Positions 25,280-37,203 of a stretch of 64,000 nt of DNA are shown piece after piece. Source of the DNA: Pristiophorus japonicus (taxonomy: Eukaryota). Below the pieces are notes generated by a model, which had not been told where the DNA came from, ran no database searches, and saw only the letters and a list, made by a program, of their open reading frames with translations. The stretch spans positions 15,190,001 to 15,254,000 of the forward strand of contig NC_091997.1 of assembly GCF_044704955.1 (NCBI RefSeq). Direction: 5' to 3'. Position 1 is the first letter of the stretch. Every line of letters starts with the position of its first letter. Both the position numbers and the translations under genes were made by a program.

Positions 25280-25628
25280 TCACCCCTCCCTATCTCTGTA
25301 ATCGCAGTATCAAAACCCCCCAAGATGTCTGCACTCCTCAAACTCTGCCCTCTTGAGTATCCCTGATTATAACTGCTCAACAATTAGTGGCCGTGCCTTC
25401 AGTGCCTGGGCCCCAAGCTTGGGAACTCCCTCCATAAAACTCTCCACCTCTCTAACTCTCTTTCCTCCTTTAAGACGCCCCTTAAAACCTACCTCTTTGA
25501 TTTTGGTCAACTGCCGTGATTTCTTCTTACGTGGCTCTGTGTCAGATTTCTTTGTTTGGTCAGCTGTGAAGCGCCTTGGGGTGTTTTACTACATTAAAGG
25601 TGCTATATAAATAAAACTTCTTGTTGTT
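25280..25628 (+). mobile_element. L2-clade LINE 3' end
   Basis: LCN...LHSSNSALLSIP...STISGRAFS...; tail CTGTGAAGCGCCTTGGG...AAAGGTGCTATATAAAT. Confidence 0.8.
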
Positions 25629-26784
25629 ATTCATCCACTCATCATTTTTATTTGAAATCGCACATTTGCGATGGCTGAACGGTGAACTCTAAGGTTGCTC
25701 CTGTTCCCAGATATCAGCTGGCAACGCTCATGTTACTGAAAGTGTACAGCGGGATCTCCTGGTTTGTGTAACTCTGTTCCATATTGGGCTGTGCACTTAC
25801 CAATGGAACCACTGAGGAGGTTGAAAATTGCTGTTTAACTATTTTGGTCCAAATTTCCTCTCATATTGAATGGCCAGAACTTTTTAAAAACTCTGTCATC
25901 TCGAATGATTAACTGTTACAACCATTTTTTCTATTTATTTATGTCCTTATTTTTTTTTAAAGAAATAGAATGCTGGTAATATTTGGAGGAATATGGCTGG
26001 CGTGAGGTACTACACCCAGCACTGAGCCACGTAACACGCACATTCATAGTTCAGAATCTCCAGGTTTGTAGTTGCATCCTAACTCATTTTAGTTCCTCTC
26101 AGAATGAAAATAGCAACTGCATACCTCGGTGCAGCTCAACCCAAATGATATTGGGCTGCCCTTGTGCTGGCTCTGGTTCAGTGAGGCCCCAGAACGTAGT
26201 TCTTCGGTTAAGTATAAACCCTCCTAGGGACGATCAAGATAGTTGACTGTCATTTCTCTGTCCCTGCTCGAGCAGCCTCTGCGATTAGAACAGTAAATGC
26301 GATGCCACATGCTCTTTTACTGCACATCGTTTCTAAATCACTAAACCAGAACGGATTGAGCTTTTCTTTATATTTACTATCGACAGAGACATTACTCAAG
26401 CCCGCAACCCAGTTCCTGCCCCCACCATGTAGGTCATCATTAGGATCAGCTTGTAAATCTATCCATTTACTACTGACAGAGTAACAAACTTGAGATCTGG
26501 ACTTTTTAACTGCAGCAAAAACAAGGCAAAGAGGCCCAATTTCAACCCACATGCCAATTGGTTAAAAGCACTAGCTTAAAGAAATGACATAATTATTCCG
26601 TATATGGAAGCACAAAGCAGCTCAACTCACAGATCAGCCTATAAATCTGCAGCTTTTCAGGCCTGTTTTTCATTACAGTGACCTAGAAACAAATTTCAGC
26701 AGTATTATTTTCAATATGACTAATAGCACTTTGTGGAACACAATAGCTGTGCATTGAAATGCTCTCTCTTTGCTGTGTGCATGC

Positions 26785-27364
26785 AGGGCTAGAAACTCGG
26801 TTGGAGCATTCCTAAGGCGCTAATTTTAATGCCGGAAAATAATATTTAGTGACGGGAACAGCAAAATTCAGTGTTTGCACCCTGAGAGTAGATTGGGGCG
26901 TTAAGGGAAGTGTTCCACACTTCCCCTGGGGCGCTAGGCTGGGTGAGCAACTGGATATCCCGCGCTAAAGAGCCGGCTTCGTAGCGCCCTAAGAGAGGTC
27001 TCCCTGAAAAAAAAAAATTTGAAGAAAAAACATTCCCGATACGTTACTCACCCCAAATAAAGTTAAATCGCAAAAACAAAATATCAATCATACTTACCTC
27101 ATGCAGTCATTCCTTCCCTTTGCGCCCCGGCACAGCTCTGTACACCAGCTTTCTCTAGTGATGTCACTAGGGGGCGCTACAGGTGCCCCGCAAACCACGT
27201 TTTGCTTCCGCGGCAATACCGGGGGCATTGCACACTGGCGCGACGCTCCCGAGCTATACTCCTCAGCGCCGCCGATACCGGTACACTGAATTTGCTGAGC
27301 GGCGCTAATGTCGATGTTTGTGGCCCTTTAGCCCCCCTTGTGAACTCCAACTGAATTTCTCCCC
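26785..27364. mobile_element. Harbinger-type MITE
   Basis: TIR-like AGGGCTAGAAACTCGGTTGGAG / CTCCAACTGAATTTCTCCCC; TSD TGC. Confidence 0.8.
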
Positions 27365-27570
27365 TGCATTTTCTCATTTAAGTTGATTTTTATATGAAAG
27401 AGATTTATGGCGTTAATATTTGGAGGGTACAAAGATCAATTTGACGTTTGAAGTTCAAATCCTGCAGTGATGGGGTCTCTGACTAACACACTCAGGAGAG
27501 ATTTTGCCTGCCAACGTTCTCAATGGATAAACAAAAGACAGCTCACTACAAGTCATCTTTGCAGCCTCAT

Positions 27571-29983
27571 CATAGAAACATAGAAACATAGAAAATAGGT
27601 GCAGGAGTAGGCCATTCGGCCCTTCGAGCCTGCACCGCCATTCAATGAGTTCATGGCAGAACATGCAACTTCAGTACCCCATTCTTGCTTTCTCACCATA
27701 CCCCTTGATTCCCCTAGTAGTAAGGACTTCATCTAACTCCTTTTTGAATATATTTAGTGAATTGGCCTCAACAACTTTCTGTGGTAGAGAATTCCACAGG
27801 TTCACCACTCTCTGGGTGAAGAAATTCCTCCTCATCTCAGTCCTAAATGGCTTCCCCCTTATCCTTAGACTGTGTCCCCTGGTTCTGGACTTCCCCAACA
27901 TTGGGAACATTCTTCCTGCATCTAACCTGTCTAACCCCATCAGAATTTTAAACGTTTCTATGAGGTCCCCTCTCATTCTTCTGAACTCCAGTGAATACAA
28001 GCCCAGTTGATCCAGTCTTTCTTGATAGGTCAGTCCCGTCATCCCGGGAATCAGTCTGGTGAACCTTCGCTGCACTCCCTCAATAGCAAGAATGTCCTTC
28101 CTCAGGTTAGGAGACCAAAACTGTACACAATACTCCAGGTGTGGCCTCACCAAGGCCCTGTACAATTGTAGCAACACCTCCCTGCCCCTGTACTCAAATC
28201 CCCTCGCTATGAAGGCCAACATGCCATTTGCTTTCTTAACCGCCTGCTGTACCTGCATGCCAACCTTCAATGACTGATGTACCATGACACCCAGGTCTCT
28301 TTGCACCTCCCTTTTTCCTAATCTGTCACCATTCAGATAATAGTCTGTCTCTCTGTTTTTACCACCAAAGTGGATAACCTCACATTTATCCACATTATAC
28401 TTCATCTGCCATGCATTTGCCCACTCACCTAACCTATCCAAGTCGCTCTGCAGCCTCATAGCATCCTCTTAGCAGCTCACACTGCCACCCAACTTAGTGT
28501 CATCCGCAAATTTGGAGATACTACATTTAATTCCCTTGTCTAAATCATTAATGTACAGTGTAAACAGCTGGGGCCCCAGCACAGAACCTTGCGGTACCCC
28601 ACTAGTCACTGCCTGCCATTCTGAAAAGTCCCCATTTACTCCTACTCTTTGCTTCCTGTCTGACAACCAGTTCTCAATCCATGTCAGCACACTACCCCCA
28701 ATCCCATGTGCATTAACTTTGCACATTAATCTCTTGTGTGGGACCTTGTCGAAAGCCTTCTGAAAGTCCAAATATACCACATCAACTGGTTCTCCCTTGT
28801 CCACTCGACTGGAAACATCCTCAAAAAATTCCAGAAGATTTGTCAAGCATGATTTCCCTTTCACAAATCCATGCTGACTTGGACCTATCATATTACCTCT
28901 TTCCAAATGCACTGCGATGACATCCTTAATAATTGATTCCATCATTTTACCCACTACCGATGTCAGGCTGTTTTCTCTCTCCCTCCTTTTTTAAAAAGTG
29001 GGGTTACATTGGCTACCCTCCACTCCATAGGAACTGATCCAGAGTCAATGGAATGTTGGAAAATGACTGTCAATGCATCCACTATTTCCAAGGCCACCTC
29101 CTTAAGTACTCTGGGATGCAGTCTATCAGGCCCTGGGGATTTATCGGCCTTCAATCCCATCAATTTCCCCAACACAATTTCCCGACTAATAAGGATTTCC
29201 CTCAGTTCTTCCTCCTTACTAGACCCTCCGACCCCTTTTATATCCGGAAGGTTGTTTGTGTCCTCCTCAGTGAATACCGAACCAAAGTACTTGTTCAATT
29301 GGTCCGCCATTTCTTTGTTCCCCGTTATGACTTCCCCTGATTCTGACTGCAGGGGACCTACGTTTGTCTTTACTAACCTTTTTCTCTTTACATATCTATA
29401 GAAACTTTTGCAATCCGTCTTAATGTTCCCTGCAAGCTTCTTCTCGTACTCCATTTTCCCTGCCCTAATCAAACCCTTTGTCCTCCTCTGCTGAGTTCTA
29501 AATTTCTCCCAGTCCCCGGGTTCGCTGCTATTTCTGGCCAATTTGTATGCCACTTCCTTGGCTTTAATGCTATCCCTGATTTCCCTTGATAGCCACGGTT
29601 GAGCCACCTTCCCTTTTTTATTTTTACGCCAGACAGGAATGTACAATTGTTGTAGTTCATCCATGCGGTCTCTAAATGTCTGCCACTGCCCATCCACAGT
29701 CAACCCCTTCAGTATCATTTGCCAATCTATCCTAGCCAATTCACGCCTCATACCTTCAAAGTTACCCTTCTTTAAGTTCTGGACCATGGTCTCTGAATTA
29801 ACTGTTTCATTCTCCATCCTAATGCAGAATTCCACCATATTATGGTCACTCTTCCCCAAGGGGCCTCGCACAACGAGATTGCTAATTAATCCTCTCTCAT
29901 TACACAACACCCAGTCTAAGATGGCCTCCCCCCTAGTTGGTTCCTCGACATATTGGTCTAAAAAACCATCGCTTATGCACTCA
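27571..29983 (-). mobile_element. CR1 LINE, 5'-truncated within the endonuclease; ORF2 broken into three pieces
   Basis: ORFs 28963-29991 (APE end GKSDHNMV, linker, KSPGPD), 28469-28954 (RT, FADD) and 27671-28459 (C-terminus); (TTTCTATG)n tail. Confidence 0.96.
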
Positions 29984-30177
29984 TGTAACAAGTCAATGTT
30001 TTTGGCCCGTCAATTCAAAACAATAACACAAATAACTTATTTGAAGACACCACACAGAATTAATGAATAAAAACAGTACTGACCAAGATATAAAACGGAA
30101 AGTGTAAATGCTGGAGCTACAAATATTTAAAAACAGAAAAGACGAGTAAATGCTTCATTTGGAGACATTTGTTCTAA

Positions 30178-30826
30178 GGGCCTTGGAACTTCTGCTCCTA
30201 TTTGGAGCAGGAATCAATCATTCCAGAGTTGATCCGACGGAAATTGGGGCGAAACCCATCTCTTTTGGGGGTCCGCTCCACCAGAAATTTCTGGGTATGA
30301 TATAGAGATGGGGGATCAAGCGCTTTATTTGGCTGCCCCCTCTCCTACTCACATTTTTGGGGCCGTGTCTCAGGGTGTCTGATAGGATCACGGGCTCCCA
30401 TATAGACCCCACCAGTTAAATTACAGAAAAGCCTAGCAGTACATCCACCTGCAGGAAAAAGGTGTACATGCCATACAGAGCCGCATATGGATCCCATTGT
30501 GCAGTATTCACATGGCAATCAATCCCAGAGTGATCATTAATTGACGCCTGAATATGGGCCCCACCATCGAGGGAGCAGCAACACAGACCATTGGCCAACT
30601 ATCCATCTTTGACCAGACTGGCCCCATCCCACAGAGCAGCAAAGAGATGCTCGAAAGTCCTGCATTATCTGCGCCTTTATAGTGTGGCGACTGGTGTGGA
30701 TGACTGTCCATAATATGCAAATGACACTATCTGAGGATTTGGGGCAGGGTGATGGCGGGGGCTGATGGGTGGGTGTAAGTCCCACATGTGTGATGGCCCA
30801 GCAGTGCTGCCGGAAATTTCTAGCCT
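30178..30826. mobile_element. Harbinger-type MITE
   Basis: Ends GGGCCTTGGAACTTCTGC / GCCGGAAATTTCTAGCC; splits a Penelope-like repeat. Confidence 0.6.
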
Positions 30827-30861
30827 CAAATATTGACCTGTCTTTTTTTCTTTTCAGATGC

Positions 30862-31106
30862 CGATTTCTTCACCCAGAGGGTGGTGGGGGTCTGGAGCTC
30901 ACTGCCTGAAGGATGGTAGAGGCAGAAACCCTCACCACATTTTAAAAGTACTTGGATGTGCACTTGAAGTGCCGTAACCTACAGGGCTACGGACCAAGAG
31001 CTGGAAAGTGGGATTAGGCTGGATAGCTCTTTATCGACCGGCATGGACCCGATGGGCCAAAATGGCTTCCTTCCGTCCTGTAAATTTCTATGGTTGTATG
31101 ATTCTA
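30862..31106 (+). mobile_element. CR1 3' fragment (different subfamily)
   Basis: FFTQRVVGVWSSLP; TTCTATGGTTGTATGATTCT tail. Confidence 0.8.
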
Positions 31107-31242
31107 ACTGACCTGCTGGGTGCTTCCAGCATTTTTTTTTTTAGTCAGAGATTTAGCATTTGCATTGTTTTGAGTTTTATCTCGCTGAACCAAGATATAG
31201 TTCGATTAATCTCTGGCCCATCACTGTGCCTGGGCCTGATGT

Positions 31243-31655
31243 CATAGAAACATAGAAACATAGACATATAGAAGATAGGTGCAGGAGCAGGCCATTCGGC
31301 CCTTCGAGCCTGCACTACCATTCAATATGATCATGGCTGATCATGCATCTTCAGTACCCCACTCCCACCTTCTCTCCATAACCCCTGATCCCTTTAGCCA
31401 TAAGGGCCACATCTAACTCCCTCTTGAATATATCCAACGAACTGGACTCAACAACTTTCTGTGGTAGAGAATTCCACAGGTTCACAATTCTCTGGGTGAA
31501 AAAGTTTCTCCTCATCTCGATCCTAAATGGCTTACCCCTTATCCTTCGACTGTGACCCCTGGTTCTGGACTTCCCCAACATCGGGAACATTCTTCCTGCA
31601 TCTAACCTGTCTAAACCCGTCATAATTTTATATGTTTCTATGAGATCACCTCTTC
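31243..31655 (-). mobile_element. CR1 3' fragment
   Basis: ORF 31351-31623 (GLDRLDAGRMFP...RTRGHS); CATAGAAA repeats. Confidence 0.9.
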
Positions 31656-33608
31656 ACCTAGGCCACTTTTAAATTAATCTCTTGAGTGACAGACAAAGGT
31701 GTTTGAGGAGATGAAGCTCGACAACAGTTGGCCAAAATTGTTTTGCGGTAACTGCACTTTTACAAGGACGACTTTGCAATCATTGAGAGTACCCAGGATA
31801 AAGTTCGGTACGCACAGTATATAACATCTGAAGTCACAGGCACTGAAAGCAATATGCCAGTTTTGGTTACTCATTCTCTGGCTGGTTCACATTTGGACTT
31901 TTGGATATATGAAAGAAAATGCCTTTGGAGCAGAAGTTTGAAAAGTGTTTCTTTAGGCCTGTTTTTAGCCTTTGGTCATCACTGAGCCAAAGTACATCAG
32001 TCTTCAGTTGGGAGTGTTTACAATAGGCTGGCTGTCAGGAAACCATTATAGCTCATGCTTGAGAAATCTGAAAATAGTTATAGCCAAGACTGGGATCAAA
32101 ACCGTACTACACTGATCGCGGCATCTGCAGTGCTGCTGGAATTTGATTGCAGTTGAAGAGGGAATAGGATAAAGAGGCCAGGGAAAGGATTTTCGAGATG
32201 TAAAATGGCAACTAAGGTTGGAATCATACCGAATCAAAATCACACGGCATCTTGGCTGGTCGAAGAATAAGCAACCCAAGCACTTAAATATCAGCCAGAC
32301 AATGCATGGCCAGTGACCTCTTGTGAGCTCTCCAAAAGATCCCAAAGATCACAGATAAAGTGCCAATTGCTCCCCTGTACAATAGCCATAAGTTGGGTGA
32401 AATTGTTCTGTGTGATTCTTGAATACAAATTTAATAGATCTGTCTGAAGTTCCTCTATCCACCATTTTAACAAAGGCAATAACCCATTTAAAACAGCGTT
32501 AATGTGTCCCGATGTATCAGACAGCAACATTTCATTTGTGCTTGTGTTCATTTTCTTAAGCAAATAATTTCTAACTATAATCGTTTCTAATAAACTTTTA
32601 AATTTTGATTTGAATCCTTTTTACCCCTTTTCTGCTCCTTTCTTCTCTATCCCCTCACACCAATGACCATGAACATCTGGCTATGAAAGCAAGCAAATGG
32701 AATTCAAGGTTAACATTCCTGCCAACCTGCTTGTTCAGTGCTTATTTTTTCTGGATCAGAATCAGTTTTAATGGAGCAGTTCCACTAGCCCAGAGTCAGT
32801 GCAATCCCGTAACCAAACATAAGTCTTATGGCAGCTATAGGATAATGGCTGTTACATTGCTCGGCTTTTACCAGATATTTCACTCATGCCTTGCCCCAAA
32901 GATCACTCCAAAAGGACAGCCCTCATTCACTGCAACTTTATACACAGGCTAACGGATAATGTATCATTGCCCAGGGATTGGACAGAAACCCTTGTTATTG
33001 TAATTAGCTTTCAAATAGCGGAAAAATAAACACTCCATCAAACAGTGTGATTTGGGCTATAAACTGCAAATCAAGCTTATTAAAAGTAAAAATCACAGAC
33101 AGAAACGGAAAATACAGCAGACTTAACTTGATTACAGAACTATTGACTTACACCTTCTCAAAAAATAAACACTCAATGCTACACTAACTCTCAGAAACAC
33201 TAGACCTGGAACAACATCCATAACAACTTATATATGAAGTTCCAGCTACCAACACGAGAGTCTGTATTATCTATCTCGATGACCTAAGAAGAACTGAGAG
33301 AAGGTTGTCCTCACAATCTGCACCCCCTGTTTGTTAAGTGGATTTTCAACGGATAAAGCCTTCTCCCCCAGAATTCTGTTCTAGGTCTTTTGTCTATTCC
33401 CTGGCTAAAGTCAAGGTGTGAATGCTTTGCTAGTAGGACTACCTGATGTAACAAATAATTATGTCTGTCTCCTACAGCCAGGTACACAATATTGAGTGAT
33501 TCTGGAACCTAAGTAAGCATCAACTCAACTATGTAGATAGCAGTGATCATCTACCTTTGAAGCAACATTTTGCATACCAGACACCACTGTGAAGCCTATC
33601 CAATATAA

Positions 33609-34353
33609 AGGCTTGGATTTTGCGGTCGGAAGCAAAAGGATAGCACTAACCGCTGCTCACAAAGATTTAGTGGGCGCAAGAGCGTTGATTTCCTCTATTC
33701 CGACATGACTTTAATTTGGCATTACCTGTGGGGTCTAGCAACAGTGCAGGCAGCAGGCAGGCTGATCAGCCAATCAGATTGAAGAATTCTCACAGGCAGC
33801 AAAGCAGGAAGTAAAAAACAGGTTTTATAATTCACAGTTTAATCATTTTACAGAAAGCGAAATAAAAGTTGGGATCTACACATTCAATTAAGATAGAAGC
33901 TGAAATATCATAAACAAACTTTAAAAAACAATTAATTTGTATTATTTAAAAAATAATGGAGTTTTTAAATGTTCTTCTGAGGGAATGACACTCCACACTT
34001 CTAAAATTTGTTTTTCAGGGCGAGAGGTTAGTCAGCAGTAATTATGACTTAGTACGCTGTTAAATATGGCGTTACACCTCATTCAGCAAGGCCCAACATT
34101 TTCAATGGTTTTTACAGTGAGAATAATGCGTAAAAAGCTGAAATTAATGTCAATTCACTGATTCTGTGCTGATTGCACCTACGAAGACTGCAACAGCGCA
34201 CCCTGTGGAGGAGCAGGGTATTACTGACAGCAACTTCACGATTTCCACGTTAATTGCACAAGTGCGGGCGCCAGAAGTGCCTGTCAGATTTACACATTAA
34301 TGATGGCGAGCGCTGACAGTTTTGCCATCATTACAACCACAAATTCCGGGCCA
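33609..34353. mobile_element. Harbinger-type MITE (AT-rich core)
   Basis: TIRs GGCTTGGATTTTGCGGT / ACCACAAATTCCGGGCC. Confidence 0.65.
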
Positions 34354-35252
34354 ATGAAAATAAATAAGAGCCTGCACCTGAAATGTTAACTTGTCTGATC
34401 CCTCCACAGATGTTGCTTGATCTGGTGAGTACTTCCAGCAATTTATGTTTTTGTTTCATTGTGATAAATCATATTTTATGTGTTTAGGTTAAGTGGCTTA
34501 TTTGCATTGATAAACAAAGATTGATCAGACTAGACGTGTTAGTTTGTTGCTACTGGCAAGTTAATGCTCACTGGATCTGAGACTAGGACACAATCAGGTT
34601 GATTCATTCCGACAGATTATCCCCCAAACATGTCAAATGCACTTTAAGTAATAGTACCTTCCTGGATTCTTTGCCCCCATGTGAAACACTTAACATTCTC
34701 TACGTTGAATTTTATCTGCCACCTCTCTGCCCAATTTCCAAGTGTACTCAAATCCTTATTCTGCTTATTCCGTTCAGCTTTGGAGTCTACCACCTTCATC
34801 AGCTTTGTATTAGCTGAAAATGGGGGAAGGTTAACGTTTCCCCCATTGTGCTTGTGACTCCAAGTTACCTGTTATTTAACCTTGTTTGACTCGTTTGAAT
34901 GAGTTTTGCCAGATCTTCAATCTGAAGCAGCGGGAGGAGCTTCTGTTTGTGGGGAGGAAAACTCTGGCACCTTCAGACTGCCCTCATTCAATCTCGCCTT
35001 TCGTTGGCTGATGCTAAGGAAGAATTTGGCAGCAGCTGTGCAGATATTCTTGGCCAAATTATAGCTTGCGGCTTGAACGTTCTTATCCTAATTCAGTTAT
35101 TTACCATGATGTTGCTGATAGTAAGCTTTTTGGATCTACATGCATTTCAACCAAATGCTGCTGCATTTAAAAACAGCAGAGAGAATTGGTCCCAATTAAG
35201 TCCTCACTGGGTCTAAAATTACTTTCTTTGAACTGGTTCCAGTGATTCAAAC

Positions 35253-35514
35253 TGTCATGTATCTCACACCACTGTATATAACTGTATCTTACCATGCTAT
35301 ACATGACTGTAACTAGATATGACCTGTAACCACAAGCATACCTTACTACCAGGGGTGCACTTGCAGGAGACACTGCACACCTGTCCCACACAGGTATATA
35401 AAGGCAGGTCTCAGGCAAGTGTGGCACTCGAGAGCTGTGAAATAAAGGTGCAGGTCCTGAGTGACCTTGACTTCAGCCTCGTGTAAGTCTGTACTGCAGG
35501 GTCAGGACTTTACA
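35253..35514 (+). mobile_element. Solo Gypsy LTR
   Basis: TGTCA...TTACA ends; TATATAAA and AATAAA; 5-bp TSD CAAAC (35248-35252, 35515-35519); homologous to the LTRs at 42703 and 47148. Confidence 0.93.
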
Positions 35515-35689
35515 CAAACATGACTTGTTCGTATGGGGTAAGAAGTGAAAAGTTAAAAGCAATGAATTGTAGACCCTATGCAAAGGCCTGAAAGGGGATA
35601 AGAAGACTGATTGAAGTAACATCTGACACTGTTTTATAACTTGCAAAGTTAATGTACTGCTGCATGGGTTAGGTACAAGACCCATCAAT

Positions 35690-36696
35690 GCTACTCTACA
35701 TTAGGGAGGTGGCTAAAGATTACATGTCACAAAGCGTTAACTACCAGACTCCACACACTTCCAAGGCAGACTCCTCTGCTGATGTTCGGGTCGCCATTGA
35801 TGACAGGCCACCTCCAGTTCTCTCCCTCTTCCTCTTATTGTGGGCTCTCTTTTCCTCCAAGGAGGGATAGAAGAGAAGGTTGAGTGAGAGTGATGGAATG
35901 AGTGCAAGGGATGGATGGGTTAAATTTTTAGTGGGAGGCTATGATGGAGTGGGGTGCCAAAGCCAAGAGTCCTTGTGTGTTGTTAGTTGGTATGATTGCG
36001 TTAGGATGAGGGTGAGTATGAAGGGTGGCTAGTCAGATAGGGATAAGAAAATGTTGATAGAGAGAGAGGGATGGGCGGACATGCAAGGTGTGTTGATGTG
36101 GGTAATGATGTGCAACAGCAGGGTTGGGAAGGCAACGTGATGGGGATGTGATGAGAGGCACAGCAGGATGAAATTGAGTGTGGCTTTGTACTCATCTTTC
36201 CTGATCGAATTAGATCATTGAAACATTTCTGGCACTGCATCCAGGTCATCCTGACAAAATCCCTGCTGTTTACCTCCACTGCTATTTGGAGCCAGGCTCT
36301 TTTGGTCCCCTGGGGTAATCTCTACCGCTCTTTAGAAGGGAAGAGGACTTTCCCGCGTGCTCTGACTCCCTCCACAAGCATATGGAGGGAGTTATTGGAG
36401 AACCTGGGTGCAGCCCTCTGTCTCAATGCATATTTGGCACTCTTTCCAGCAGTCCAGTTGTGTAGTGTGCTTTGCAATGTGGCCATGGCTCCTTTAAATA
36501 TCCCAGCTGAAAACGCATCATCGCTGACGTCATCAGACCCGCACTATTTACTTGGGCCGGGTAACGCACAGGGCGGCATTAATAGGCCCCATTAACGCAA
36601 AGTCGATCTGCGGAGCGGCAGGGAAGCAGGAACGGGGTCATGACCCTCCATGGCGCCTCTGCACCCAACCCGCCCAGGTACGGAGAATTCAGGTCC
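35690..36696 (-). pseudogene. Harbinger Myb/SANT-like DNA-binding protein (NAIF1/MSANTD-like), two exons, decayed, with element end at about 36696
   Basis: Exon 1, about 36450-36196: RAAPRFSNNSLHMLVEGV...KRAWLQIAVEVNS...RMTWMQCQKCFNDL. Exon 2 from 35854: EKRAHNKRKRERTGGG. Splice sites mutated (AAG/ATGAGT; TTGGAG); internal stop; TIR-like GAGAATTCAGGTCC. Confidence 0.8.
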
Positions 36697-36949
36697 AAGT
36701 ATCATGCAGTTAAGTTATGTTACAGTGAATGAATGTGCAAACCACTTGGGAGATATTAGCATGCCAAGATATCAGCTGTGGGTTCCAGCTTGAGTATGTG
36801 CTGTCCGACCTATGGCTACATGTGAAATGCTATGAAAGCAGTGTAAGGTTTATGAAGGCTTGGTATAGGTAAGGGATGGGTTGGTGCTCTTTAGCTCCTT
36901 GTCAGCAGGGAAGTGCCCATGAGAGGGATGATGTGAGAGGGAACATGGA

Positions 36950-37203
36950 AATAGCACCTTTGAGGGAGTGCAGCATAGGTTTACCAGAATGATATCTGGA
37001 TTTCAAGGGTTAAGTTACGAGGAGAGTTTACACAAATTAGGGTTGTATCCCCTAGAATTTAGAAGATTAAGCAGTGATTTTATAATGACATGTTTGAAGT
37101 TTTCAAGATATTAAGGAGAACAGATAGTGTAGCTAGAGAGAAACTATTTCTGCAGGTTGGGGATTCTATTACTAGGGGGCATAGTCTAAAAATTAGAGCC
37201 AGA
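36950..37203 (+). mobile_element. Old CR1 fragment
   Basis: LEGVQHRFTRMI...YEESLHKLGLYPLEFRRL...TRGHSLKIR. Confidence 0.8.

Noticed and set aside
34905-35130. Possible exon (CAG/ATC...ATA/GTAAGC)
   Set aside because: All three plus frames contain a stop between the putative splice sites.
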